A stretch of 64,000 bases of DNA, from NCBI RefSeq assembly GCF_046119375.1, contig NW_027362764.1, positions 802,528,001 through 802,592,000 on the forward strand, written 5' to 3'. Below are positions 23,816-36,476 of this stretch, piece after piece (position 1 is the stretch's first letter; every line of letters starts with the position of its first letter). A model generated the notes under the pieces. That model was not told where the DNA came from. It ran no database searches and saw only the letters and a list, made by a program, of their open reading frames with translations. The translations under genes and the position numbers were made by a program. The stretch is from Phyllobates terribilis. Taxonomy: Eukaryota.

Positions 23816-26800
23816 TAGTGATGAGCGAACGTGCTCGCCACTGCTCGCTACTCATCCTGAGCATCACTGTTTTAGGCGAGTATCTCTGGTTTGCTCGGAC
23901 GGGAACTCAAGTCCCCTCCCTGCATGTTTGGCGCTCTTTAGAGAGCCAATGAATATGCAAGGATTGCCTGTCATGCACTGTAGTGCCGTAGCCATGTTGG
24001 TTGTGGGCTTTACAGTGATTGGCTGGACCACAGCATCATCAGGTGTATATAAGACCGGGCACTGCCATGCTCGTCACAGTCACTCCGGAACCAGGCAGAG
24101 TAGGGAGAGGTGCTGCTGAGCTAGGGAGAGATTTGCTTTTTCATAGTTAGTATAGGTATTCCACAACATAAATATATATCCAACTGAACTAACAGTCCTT
24201 CTGAGGACTAATCCAGCTGCATATATTTAGTGGTGATAGCAGGAGTTAGGCAGGCAGGCCGTGTATGTGGCAGACTGCAGTGCATATAGTGCAAGAGGGT
24301 CCATTGAACGTCCCTGCTGCTGCTGTTCTTACAGATATTTGTACACATAGCCCCAGATATCAGGGGCCAGGAAATTTTTTTTTTCCATCTTAATCCTGGT
24401 AATTTGCTTAAAAAGCAACCCATAGTACACCATTTTTCTGCTCCATTTGCTTATTCTCACTGCAGAATAAAGCCCAATCTGTTCCATATTTCAGCGATAA
24501 AAATTCAGAAATTTAAACTGAACGTGGAAAATATTGGCATCCTTTTCCATTCTGTTGCAGTGTGTCGGTCAAGCTTTTCACACTAGGTGTCTGTGAAGAA
24601 TAGTATTAGCAAATTACAGGCCTGCTATTTAAAATTGTGGTTCTCTGTCAGACGTATCACATATAACTGTGTTCCAAAATTAGCCATTTCTTGTGAACGT
24701 GGAAAATATTGTCCTCTATTAAAAATGGGCAAGGTGCGTGGCAAGGGACGGGGAAGTGGAAGTGATGGTGCATGCAGAGGCAGAGGATGTGGCCGTGGGC
24801 AAGCTGAAATTGTGCCACAACAAACACCCACATCTTGTCGCTCGACCTTCTTGTCCCAATTACTAGGGGACCACAGAACACTATTGAACACAGAGCAGTG
24901 TTAAAAGGTTATTGGTTGGATAGCAGATAATGCTTCCTGTCACTTAGCCACCACCACCACCCTGTCTTCCACATGGTCAAGTCTCAGTAGCCATGAGTCT
25001 GGACCGCATATTCCTCACTCTGATCCTCCTTCCTCCCACCAGGCCGAGTACCCGGAGACAACTGATCCCACACTTGGACACTCTGAAGAGCTGTTCACTT
25101 TTCCATTTGTAGATTCGGGCCTCTCGCCCGGCCAGCTTCAAGCTAATCAAGAGGAGAACGCATGTAGCAATGCCCAAATATTGGAGCAGCCACGGTCACA
25201 AGAAGACGATTGTGGGAAAGTGCAATTACTGTCGCTAGAGGTGGATTATGATGATGAGACACAATACCAAAAAGTCAGGAGGACCAGGGTGCGAAAGTGG
25301 AAGATGAGGTGGAGGATAATATCGTAACTGACCCAACCTGGCAGGGGACATACAGAGTGAGAACAGCAGCACACAGGGGGAGGGAGGCAGAGCACCCCAA
25401 CAGGCAGGAAGAAGCAATATGGTGGCCGCAGACACAAGGCGGGAAAGCGTTCCTCGTTACGCCAACATGACGGAAGTTGCCAGTACCACTGATATGTCTT
25501 CCCGAGTCTGGTTATTTTTTAAAGACTCTGCAGATAACCCCAAAAGGGCCATTTGCACCACCCGCCAGGCCAGCATCAGCAGGGGTAGCAAAACTAGAAG
25601 CCTGACCACCACCCAGGGTCCAGCAACAGTGTCTGCTTATTCCGCTGTTGTGCGTGCATGCCAATCCCCTGTCCATGTCGCATGCCAAGATGCATCCCTA
25701 CCTGCACCTGTCGTTGAACACTCTCAACTAGCACCATCAGCAAGCACGTCCACTTTCTTGTCCCAGCGCAGCATTCAGTTGTCCCTACCCCAGTCCTTGG
25801 AACGCAAGCGCAAATACGTAGCCAACGCCCCACAGGCCTCACTACTAAATTCACACATTTCGCGAATGCTTGCGCTCAAAATGTTGCCTTTTAGGCTCGT
25901 GGAGACTGAAGCTTTCCGCAGCCTCATGGCTGCGGCTGTGCCTCGGTACTCAGTCCCCAGCCGCCACTATGTCTCCCGGTGTGCCGTCCCTGCGTTACAC
26001 GAGCATTTGTGTCCCACAACATTAAACGTGCCCTCAACAACGCAGTTATTGGGAAAGTCAACCTAACCATGGACACGAGGAGAAGTGCTTGTGGGCAGGG
26101 ACGGTACATCTTGCTGACGGCACATTGGGTTAATATAGTGGAAGCTGGGACCCAGTCGGATCTTGGGACGGAACACATCCTCCCGACGCCGAGGATTGTG
26201 GGCCCTGGGTCAATCAGGGTTGCCTCCACATTCTACAGCTCCTACACCTCCTCCTCCTCTTCTGCCTCCATCTCTGAAATGACCACATCAGTAGCAAGCT
26301 GGAAGCACTGCCTCAGCCAAGCGGCAACAGGCTATGCTGAAGCTAATATGCTTAGGTGACAAACCGCACAATGCTGAAGAGTTGTGAACAGCTCTGAAAC
26401 AGCAGGCAGATCTGTGGCTCACACCGCTGAACCTACAGCCAGGCATGGTCGTGTGTGACAATGGCCGGAACCTGGAGGCGGCACTGAGGCGAGGCGAGCT
26501 CACACACGTACCATACCTGGCCCATGGGCTTAACCTCGTGGTTCAGCGGTTTCTCAAAACCTACCTGGAACTGTCGGATCTGCTTGTCAAAGTACGCCGG
26601 CTGTGTGCCCATTTTAGAAAGTCAGCTACAGCTTCCGCCGCCCTTGCCGTGCTTCAACATCATTTGCAGCTTCCAGCTCACCGACTGGTGTGTGATGTCC
26701 CCACGCGTTGGAACTCTACATTGCGGATGTTGGGAAGGATTTGTGAGCAGAAGAGGGCAGTTGTTGACTACCTGCATCAACAAGGCCATTGGTATTCAGG

Positions 26801-29036
26801 TCAGACTCCACACATAAGACCTCAGGAGTGGATATGGATGTCAGACATCTGTACCATCCTCCAAAACTTTGAGGACTCCACCAAGATGGTGAGCGGTGAT
26901 GACGCCATAATTAGCATCACCATCCCGCTTCTCGGTCTTCTGAAAAGCTCTCTGCTCTCAATTAAAGAGGATGCATTGCAGGCGGAGCATGAGGAGATGG
27001 ACCAAGGAACCATACAGGGTGATTAGACACAGCCCAGCCTCATCTCATCCCAACGTGGATTGGGTGACAATGAGGAAGAGGAGGAGGAGGAGGAAGAACA
27101 GGAGCTAGTTTCCTGCGCTATAGACGGTACTTCCTGCACAACTGTCATAACGTCTGTTCAGCGTGGATGGCCTGAGGACAGGGAGGAGGAGGAAGATGAG
27201 GAGGAGAGCAGGGTCAGTCGTCCTCTTGGTGAGGACACGGAAGTCTTACCTGTTTGCAGTCTGGCACAAATGGCTGAGTTTGTTACGCTGCCTTTCCCGT
27301 GACCCTCGCGTTGTCCAAATTTTGGGTGACAGTCTTTTCTGGTTGGTGACACTTCTAGACCCACGCTACCAGGAGAAATTCTGTCTCTTATTCCCTTGCA
27401 GGACAGACCTAGTAAAATGGGGCAGTACAAGAAGGCCCTTGTTGCAGAATTATTTTACAAATTTCCTTCTGAAAACCCTGGCGGCAGAGGTCACAGTTCG
27501 TTGGACAACCAAGGAGTACAGGCGAGAGAGACACAAATGCAATCCAGCAGAGGCAGGGGAACACTGTCAAAGTTCTGGGAGAGTTTTCTCAGCCCCTCTC
27601 ATCGCACAGGCCCTGAGGCGCGGAGTATTCTCCAAAGGAAGGAAAAGTTTCGGAAGATGGTGAGGGAGCACCTTGCCGACCGTACCAAAGTCCTCCGTGA
27701 TTCCTTTGTGCCTTACAATTATTGGATAACCAAGCTGGACATGTGGCATGAACTGGCTCTCTATGCCTTGGAGGTCCTGGTCTGCCCTGCCGCTAGCATT
27801 TTATCAGAGCGGGTTTTTAGTGCTGCTGGTGGAATTATAACCGATAGGCGCATCCGCCAGTCAACTGAAAATGCTGACAGGCTGACTCTTATAAAAAAAG
27901 AACAAGGGCTGGATTGGGCCAGACGTCTCAACACCACCGAATGATAAAAGTATAACATAAACTCAAATACAGTGTCTTTTTTTTGGAAGGTCTAACTCTA
28001 TTCCCATGCACCTCTGTCTTCACACCCAGACGTGGGTATACGCTTCCTGATTTTGTCTATTTGCTCTTGTCCTCCTTCTCCTCATCGTCATCCTCCATCA
28101 CCATATGTACCATATCAACATATCTACATCTCTTGCAAGGGGCATTGGAGTTCCCCCCATTTTTTGGCAGCCGTTGCTTCACTGCATAGGCAAACAGTAT
28201 GGGAGCCACACGTCCTAATAATGGGAGCATTTTTTGCAGGAGGCCCTCTGACCTCTACATCTCTTGCAAGGTGCATTGGAGTTCCTCCAAATTTTTGGTA
28301 GCCCTTGCAATCACTGCATACGCAATAATAGTATAGGAGACCCACTCGTTAATAATGGGAACAGCAAAGCAAAGCTGACTGCTGGCCCTTTAAGAATAGG
28401 AAGGACTGCCTGGTGGCCCTATAAAAATAGTCTTTGTGACTTTCAGAGTTCCTCCATCATCAACGAAACAGGATGTGTCTGATGATGTGTCACACACCAC
28501 ATTGTCAGATAAGGTAGTAAAATGTTAAAATGACATTTACTGGTAAATGTCTTTTCACTGTTCAAAGCAATGCAAAAGTGTAAAAACGCATCAAAAACGC
28601 TACTTGTAAACATAGCCTAAGGTGTGGAGGAGCATTTATGTTTATGATTATTTATTTTGCCTTATATACAAGTCATTACCCTGGAAAGGATGTTCCTTAA
28701 CATATATCTCAGGAAAATCCATTTTAGTCACGTTTTTGTATGTTTTATTGTGAGTCTGTAAAAGTGGTGTAATACTCTGACCACGTTGTTGACACCAGTG
28801 ACCTGGGAGCTAGAAATGCTTCCGGGGTCTTCCCCATGCTGTTCCCATGTCATTTGAGCAGTGTTCCCATCGATTTGGGCAATTTTTAGTCCCTCTACAG
28901 ACCGCTGGGGGGAGCCGCCCGAAAAATGCTCGAGTTTCCCATAGACTTACATTGGGCTCGTTACTCGGTCCGAGCACTCCAATTTGCTCGACTCGAACAG
29001 CGAGTTCCCGAGCATTTTAGTGCTCGTTCATCACTA
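23816..29036 (+). mobile_element. Full-length but decayed hAT DNA transposon (5221 bp)
   Basis: TIRs TAGTGATGAGCGA and TCGTTCATCACTA (12/13). 8-bp TSD ACTGCATG / ATTGCATG (7/8). Confidence 0.9.
24725..27944 (+). pseudogene. hAT transposase (BED finger, DDE core, dimerisation domain), multiply disrupted
   Basis: VWLFFK..AICTT (decayed BED), TAHWVN, VVCDNGRNL, CDVPTRWNSTL, CPAASILSERVFSAAG motifs spread over several frames. Confidence 0.9.
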
Positions 29037-29084
29037 ATTGCATGGCATTACCCAAAGAGACACAGATTTGAATTCTAGCCTAAG

Positions 29085-29650
29085 TGTACGGCCCCGACTG
29101 GAAAGATTTGGATCTGCTCCATTGACCATCAGAGAGACATGGATACGTTTTGGGGAGACCAGGGTGGGACGAGGAAGTCATTTGGCCCCATGGATATGTT
29201 GTTTGCGGTTTCCAGGAGGGACCCACCTGTCGACTGGAACCCATGGAGACATTCGGAGAAGCCAGATTGTGACCCGCCGCTCATCTGGCCCCATGGAAAC
29301 TCTTGGAGAGGCCAGGGTGGGACCCTTGGGTCCCCTGGCTTTGTAACTCGATGGACTGCTAGCTTCCTAAGCTTGCCGCTACCTCCTGTCTGTGGGGGCC
29401 TGCAAGAAGCGGATGACCACTGGTTGAGGTAGTCGGCCCTGGAAGTCTCCAAAGTCGCAGCTGTTTTATCCCAAGCGGGTGGAGAAGGAAGGGTGAGACT
29501 GTGTAATGTTGTACCATCTTGGGTGTTTGCTGGGACTCTTCTGTGTTTATTGTCCGCTTTGTGGTTCAATAAAGTATTGCCATGCTGTTTTACCCTTACC
29601 CTGTGTTGTCTGAGTAGTGCTACTCCCACGGAAGACCCCGGGTCTTCACA
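29085..29650 (+). mobile_element. Possible solo LTR
   Basis: TGT...ACA ends, AATAAA near 29568 and internal imperfect repeats. No convincing TSD. Confidence 0.35.
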
Positions 29651-29661
29651 GAGGGGAAGGG

Positions 29662-31400
29662 TAGAATCATAGAATGGTAGAGTTGGAGGGGACCTCCTGG
29701 GTCATCTGGTCCAATCGCCTGCTCAAAGCAGAATTCACTAAATCATCCCAGACAGATATCTGTCCAGCCTCTGTTTGATGACGTCCATTGAAGGGGAACT
29801 CACCACCTCTCGTGGCAGCCTGTTCCTCTCATTGATCTCATCACTGTCAAAAACTTTTTCCTAATATCTAATCTGTGTCTCCTCCCATTCAGTTTCATCC
29901 CATTGCTTCTAGTCTTTCCTTGCGCAAATGAGAATAAAGATGATCCTTCTACAATGTGACAGCCCTTGAGATATTTGTAGACAGCTATTGAGTCTCCTCT
30001 CAGTCTTCTTTTTTGCAGCTAAACATTCCCAAATCCTGTAACCGTTCCTCATAGGACATGGTTTGCAGACCGGTCACCATTCTGGTCGCTCTTCTCTGAA
30101 CTTGCTCCAGTTTGTCGATGTCTTTTTTAAAATGTGGCGCCCAAAACTGTACACAGTATTCCAGATGAGGTCTGACCAAAGAGGAGTAAAGACCGATAAT
30201 GACTTCACGTGATCTAGACTGTATGCTTCTGTTAATACATCCCAGAATTGTATTTGCCTTTTTTGCTGCTGCATCACACTGTTGACTCATGTTCAGTCTA
30301 TGATCTATTAGTATATCTAAGTCTTTTTCACATGTACTGTTGCTTAGCTCTATTCCTCCCATTCTGTATATGCTTTTTTCATTTTTATTGCCCAGATGTC
30401 AGACTTTGCATTTTTCCCTTTTAAAAAACATTCTGTTAGTTGCTGCCCACTGCTCCAGTTTATTTAGGTCTTTTTGAAGCCTCTCTCTCTCTTCTCTAGT
30501 ATTAGCTATCCCTCCTAGCTTTGTGTCATCAGCAAATTTAATCAGTTTACCCTCAATTCCTTCATCTAAATCATTGATAAAGATGTTTAACAATACAGGT
30601 CCCAGCCCTGTGGTACCATTTACGACCACTCTTTGAGTCCAATCACTAAGCCATTTATGAATCCAACAAACAGTTGCCTTGTCCATTCCATACTTGGTCA
30701 TTTTTTCAATAAGGATGGTGTGAGATACTTTGCCAAATGCTTTGCTGAAGTCAAGATATACTATATCTACAGCATTTCCCTAATCCACCCAGTCAGTGAT
30801 CTTTCCTGGTATAGAAGTCAGACTCACCGGCCTATAGTTCCCTGGGTCCACCTTATTCCCCTTTTTGAAGATAGGAACAACAATTGCTCTTCTCCAGTCT
30901 TCTGGGACTTCTCCTGTTCTCCAAGAATTTTCAAAGATTATGGAGCGTGGTTCTAAAATTTCTTCTACGATCTCCTTCAGTACTCTGGGGTGTAATTCAT
31001 CTGGACCTGGAGACTTGAACTCATTTATGTAAGCTAAATATTTCCTCACAATCTTTCTATCTTTCTGTTTACAGATAACTTGGATTCTTCTATTCCTTTA
31101 ATAGGACAGTGAAGATCAGTTGATGTTACATTTTCTTTGAGAGAAAACAGATGCAAAATAGGAATTAACAAGTTCGGCCTTCTCAACATCCTTTCTCACC
31201 ATTTCACCACTTTCATCCTGTAATAATCCTATAGCATCTTTGACTTTTCTTTTACTTTTGATATACCCCCAAAATCCTTTTTTATTGCTTTTGACATCTC
31301 TTGCAAGCCTTAATTCATTGTCAGCTTTAGCTAACCTAATACGTGCCCTACAGGTTCTGCAGACTGCATTATAATCTTCTTTAGACATGCCTCCCTCTTT
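29662..31400 (-). mobile_element. CR1 LINE, 5'-truncated with internal deletions
   Basis: (ATTCTATG)n-type tail. RT fragments [39 protein letters not shown] and SPGPDELHPRVLKE. Confidence 0.92.
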
Positions 31401-32059
31401 CTATTTGATAAACATTTCTTATTGGGTACATCTTATTGGGTACATTTCTTATTGGGTACATCCAACATGAGTGGGGAAAAAGTGAGGTAGTGGTGGAAGG
31501 GGGAATAGGCTTGGTGTTCAAGGTATATGTGGGGTGGTTGGTAATGTTAGTGAAAGCAATAGTGAACCAACACAGTCATGTCCTATCCAAAGACAATTGA
31601 CAACTTGTTACTGGACGGGCTACTCCACTCCCTTTCTTTAGCAGCCGCACAGCGATATGCCTTGGGCAAAAAAGAGCAGGTGCTCCAGTGAATGGCAAGC
31701 GCTGCATCAAGTGGCCTCTGCTCTTCTTCCTCCACCTCAACATCACACACAGTACAGTCCACAGAGTTGGCACCCCAATTACCCTTGTTTCTCCCCTGTC
31801 ACAACTGTCCAACCGCCCAACTGACTATAGGGTACCACAGATGGGCGAGTCTGTAGAACTGTTCACACATTCTATACCATGGGCCTCAGAAGTCTGCTCC
31901 AAAGATTCACAGACTTAAGAGGAGGAAAGCATCTGCACCGATGGCCAAAAGTTTTTCCAGTTGGATCCGGGGCAGGACGAAGTAGGGTCTGAGCAGAATC
32001 CAGGCCCTTGTCACCAGACGTTAACGCACGGGGGGAGGTGATCCTGATGAGACTCAGAT

Positions 32060-32500
32060 ACCTGAGGCTCATGCAGACTGTATTTTGCTGTCAGGGCAGG
32101 AAGAGGGTGACTCTCAGGGCGAGGAGTGAGAGAACAAAGAGGAGAATGAGGAGGTTGTAGATCCCACTTGGTGTAAACCCTGAGGCATGCAGATGACTAA
32201 CACATCTGAGGAGGAGGAGGAGGAAGAGGAAGACGAGTAGGTTATGTTGTGGCCTCCCGCACAGAGTGATGCAACCATGACAAGCACTGCATCATCAGCC
32301 ACAACTGTGGGTTTTGCCAGCAGCGGTCACGGGTCTGTAGCTCGCAGGGCAGGAAGGGTTTCTTAGCCTGGGCCTATTTTGAGACCACAAAAGATGACCC
32401 AACTTGTGATATCTGCCAACTTTGTAAAAAACTACTCAGTAGAGGCAAAAATTGCAATAATTTGACTACTACATGCATTAATTGACACATGCGCGATCAA
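32060..32500 (+). pseudogene. hAT N-terminal/BED-finger relic
   Basis: Acidic tract followed by AWAYFETTKDDPTCDICQLC...HMRDQHA-like residues with frameshifts. Confidence 0.55.
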
Positions 32501-32519
32501 CATGCGTTTGACTGGTAAT

Positions 32520-32720
32520 CTCACTCCTCTAAAATGCAGACTAGCAGATCTCGCCATCCACCGGGCCAAGCGAAACAAAAACAAGCTGGACTATTGCTGG
32601 GAGGCAGTTCTCTACCAAGTCTTGAAGAGGGTCCACCCCAACAATCCCATCTATGAAGTCCAGCCCGAAGGGGACGGAGAAACATCGGTTCGAGTGTTAC
32701 ATAGGAATATATTCTGACCC
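32520..32720 (+). pseudogene. Gypsy integrase C-terminal fragment
   Basis: KLDYCWEAVLYQV...PIYEVQPEG...VLHRN matches the typical Gypsy integrase C-terminus. Confidence 0.6.
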
Positions 32721-34119
32721 TGCCTCTCTGAAACAGAAGAGATCAGAAAGATGAAGCCTCTGGAAGAGCCAAGTGGTGCCCCCTCTAAGGAAATTGCTGG
32801 CGACAAAGAGGAGTGGCTCCCTGTGCATACAGGACTGCGAGAGATGCCAGCCCCACTTTCAATAGAGTTAAAAAAATGGGGTGGAAGACAATCTTCTCGG
32901 TGGAGTGCCAAAAAGCCCCAGAAGTTCCTGAACCACCCCGCAGGAAGATCCGCGGATAGCTGAGCGTGCTAATACTGGCATCCCTCCTATCCGATACGCA
33001 CAGGACGTGTTTGTGTGGGAACAAATTAAGCAGAAGAACCGTGAATTCACTCAATTTCTGGCAGAGATAGGATTACTCCAAGGTTGCCCTTGCTTAAACT
33101 AAGGTTGCCCTTGCGAACTAAAAGGGAGGTGGAATGCAAGAGAGTGTGCCACAAAATGCCATTCCCCAGCGCTATACGGCATTTGTGTTCGAAGACTGCC
33201 ACCTACTGCCCAATCAGAACCTTGTGGAACTAATTGGAAGAGGAAGAGTTTTGGGGAGATAGAATGTAGACAAGGAACCGGGTTATGTGGCCTTGATGAC
33301 GCAGTTCCCTGATATAAGAGGCTGGAGTGGTAAGTCTGGAGCGGATTTGGCGCCAACCGGTGAGATGATCAGGAAATGCGTGCAAGGGGCCGCTGAGGCC
33401 GAGATCCCGGAACAAGCCAAGAGGCCTGAACCAGTGTATTATGGTGTACCTGTGAACAGGGTCCAAATCATGCTGGTCAAGGTCCGTGAACCAGATTACA
33501 CTAGTCAAGACCTGAAGTCCATATCTGCTCCAGGCAAGATCTGAAAAACAGTCTGCACCGGCCAAGACCTGGGACCCAGCCCTTGTTCGTCCAGGCCTGA
33601 TCATTGCAGGTCAAGCATAGAAGTGTCTGTTGCGGACCCTGACCTGGGAGTGGACCTGCATGGCGGTGAATCAGAGAGATGAGTGAGTCAGACCGTTACT
33701 TTCAGCACTGACGTACGGTAAAAGGTGCAGTCTGGGGTATTGCAGCAAGTGGGTCAGGGACTGCCAGTGTGAGAATGGCCCAGAGAGTATTTCTTGACTT
33801 TGTCAGAAGGACTTGCGAGAAAAACTGGAGACCCCCGCTAGAACCTAGGAGAGCCAAGGGGAGCACTGGGATAGTGTCCACAAACATACAACATATTATC
33901 AGCATCTGAGATTAGCTAGATTGTATAGAGAACTTGCCATAAAAATCACATTGTGCTGATAACATTGTAGATTTCATATCCTCCTGTTAAACCCATCCTT
34001 CCCATGCCCACGTTAGGGAAATAAACAGTTGGTTACTTCCGTCTTGCTCTTCTCTGCGTGTTGCATCCTGTGACCTATTTACACAGGTATGGTTTTTTAA
34101 GTAATAGCTTTATGCTGAT

Positions 34120-34735
34120 GTGTTTAAAAGAGGACGGAAAAATACCAGAGGGAGAGATAAAATATTTTAGTTAGGTGAGTGGTGCCAGCTGGGGAGAGGG
34201 ACTGGAGGAGATGTGCAGGAATAGGGTCACTGGTGCAAGTAGTAGGGCAAGAAGATGCGAGGAGCCGGGTGACTTCTTCTGTGATTGGTTCAAAGACAAA
34301 ACGTGAGCTCGATGCAGTGTGGGAGGGAGGAGAATGCACAATGTTAGGGGATTAGGAGGAAATTTCCAGTTCGAATATGGTCACTCTTTTCTTTGAAATG
34401 GCCAGATCATCAGCGCTGAGGTCTGTAGTGGAGGCCTGCACTCTTGGACTGAGGAGAGAGTGAAAAGTGTCAAAGAGTCGTTTAGGATTGTTGGATAGTG
34501 CGGTAATGAGAGCGGTGAAGTCACTTGTTTGGAGAGGTGAAGGGCGGAGTTGTAGGTTTTAAGCATAAATTTATAATAGATGAAATCTTCGGTCAGATTG
34601 GATTTTCTCCACCGATGTTGAGCACCTGGATCACCGCTGTAGGAAATGTATTTGCAGCGTGTGCCAAGGTTATCGCTGTCTATGCCGAGTTATTTTTTGC
34701 GTAGGCGCTGAAGCTTCATCCAGACCGCATTGCAA
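34120..34735 (-). mobile_element. L2/CR1-clade LINE ORF2 fragment
   Basis: FEPITEEVTRLLASSCPTTCTSDPIPAHLL and MLKTYNSALHLSKQ motifs from the endonuclease-RT linker. Confidence 0.6.
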
Positions 34736-34789
34736 TGTGTAATTTCAATGTTTCAGATCAGAGTCAGGACATGAGAGGGAGGAGATTGG

Positions 34790-35845
34790 GGCCAATGACT
34801 GATGACTGCAATTTCTTCATAAGTTCCTCCTTCCTCCCACCATGTTGAGTCCCAGGAGACTAGTGATCCCACACTGGGACACTCCTGGGAGCTTTTTACA
34901 ACACCATTTCTTGATTGTGACCTCTCAACCTGCATGCTCCAAAAGAGACATGACGACCTGCTGTTTAGTGATGCACAAACCTTATGGCCACAAGAACATG
35001 ATGGTGGGGAACAGCATATCTTGTCTAAGGAGGAAGATGATGATGAGACACGGCGACTTAACAACAGCCTGACTTATCGGTAACCAAGTTCAAGGACCAG
35101 GGTGCGGCGGTGGAAGACGAGGTAATGGATGACAAAGCCACCGACCCAACCTGGGAAGCTGGCATGCAAACTGAAGCCAGCAATACTGAGTAGGAGGGAT
35201 TGGCAGTACCGAAACAGGCAGGAAGAGGCAGTGGGGTGACTAGATGAAGAAAGCGGGCAACTGTTCTTCAGGGCACCGACACTCGTGAATTTCTCAGTCA
35301 ATGAGTTAGATGTTCCCAGTCTGAGAATTTTTAAAGAGAGTTCTGAGACCCAAAAAAATGGTCAATTGCAACCTGAGCCATGCCAAGATCAGCAGGGGCC
35401 TGACCACGAAAAGCCAAACCACCACCAGCATGATCAGGCACGGCATCTAAGCACTCGACTCTATGGGCCAAATACCTGGATCCACGATTGGTGTCAGCGG
35501 GTGACACCACTGCCTCTTCCCCTGTTTTAGGTGCTTACCAATCCCCGTCCATGACACTGGTGCAGATGCCTCCCGCCCTGCAGTCCTTGCACAGTGTGAA
35601 CCACCATCATCAGGCACTTCCAAATCCTTGTACCAGCACAGCATTCAGCTGTCCCTATCCCATGCCTTGGAATGAAAAAGAAAGTTCCCAGCCACAGACC
35701 CAAATGCTTAATGGCGCACTTACAGGCTCCTTGACGTGGAAATGTTGCCATTTAGGCTTGTTTCTGCCGACTCATGGCGGCAGCCGTCCCTCGGTACTCT
35801 GACGCTACATTTCCCAGACGGCGCACTGGGTGAACATTGTGGAGA
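34790..35845 (+). pseudogene. hAT transposase relic related to the 23816-29036 element
   Basis: Collinear similarity to ~25020-26140 (e.g. CCTTCCTCCCACCA...GATCCCACACT), ending at the TAHWVNIVE codons. Confidence 0.75.
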
Positions 35846-36430
35846 AAGAAATCCGCCGCAGGGGACGCCAAGAAGAGCAAGAAACCCTCCGGTCCCAGCG
35901 TGTCCGAGCTGATCGTCAAAGCTGTGTCCGCCTTTAAGGAGCGCAGCGGGGAGTCTCTGGCCACCCAGAAGAAGGCTCTGGCTGCCAGCGGGTATGATGT
36001 GGAGAAGAACAACAGCCGCCTGAAGCAGGCCGTCAGGTCTCTGGTCACCAAGGGCGCCCTGCTCCAGGTGAAGGGCGTCGGCGCCTCCAGCTCCTTCAAG
36101 CTGAACAAGAAGCAGGAGACTAAAGACAAGCCAGCCAAGAAGAAGCCGGCGGCTGCGGCCACACCCAAGAAACCTGCAGCCAAGAAAGCGGCCAAATTCC
36201 CAAAGAAGCCCAAGAAGGCTCCGACCGTGGCCAAGAAAAGCCAGAAAAAGGCCAAGAAGCCCGCAGCAGCCGCGGCCAAGAAAGCAGCCAAGAGCCCCAA
36301 GAAGCCGAAGGCCGCTCCAAAGCCCAAGAAGGTGACGAAGAGCCCTGCTAAGAAGGCGGCCAAACCCAAAGCTGCCAAAAGTCCGGCTAAGAAGGCGACT
36401 AAAGCCAAGAAGCCCGCGGCCAAGAAATAA
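35846..36430 (+). pseudogene. H1: Histone H1, 5'-truncated (promoter and first 23 codons missing)
   Basis: Homology to the intact H1 starts at K24. No ATG (ORF-track start is TTG). Globular-domain changes GES/GVS, ATQK/AALK, KQAV/KLAV, GVGASS/GSGASG. Confidence 0.9.
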
Positions 36431-36460
36431 GCCAAAGCCGTCCTGTTACTACACCACAAA

Positions 36461-36476
36461 GGCTCTTATCAGAGCC
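36461..36476 (+). terminator. Histone 3' stem-loop with non-canonical UAUC loop
   Basis: AAA GGCTCT TATC AGAGCC ACCAC. Confidence 0.9.

Noticed and set aside
11605-24119. LTR-internal ORFs (11605-12327, 22983-24119, 14855-15341, 20092-20605) as env or accessory genes
   Set aside because: They follow the 99-bp LTR repeats, differ in frame between subfamilies, and show no signal peptide or transmembrane pattern.
32044-32075. CTGATGA followed by a small hairpin (also CTGATGA at ~94, 7150, 11367 and 54986)
   Set aside because: No GAAA core or stem III; the matches lie in transposase codons or are chance.
33000-33700. Possible Gypsy gag-like remnant (ORF 33287-33544), and similar sequence at 41330-42000
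   Set aside because: Only a vague resemblance, with no diagnostic motif to support a call.
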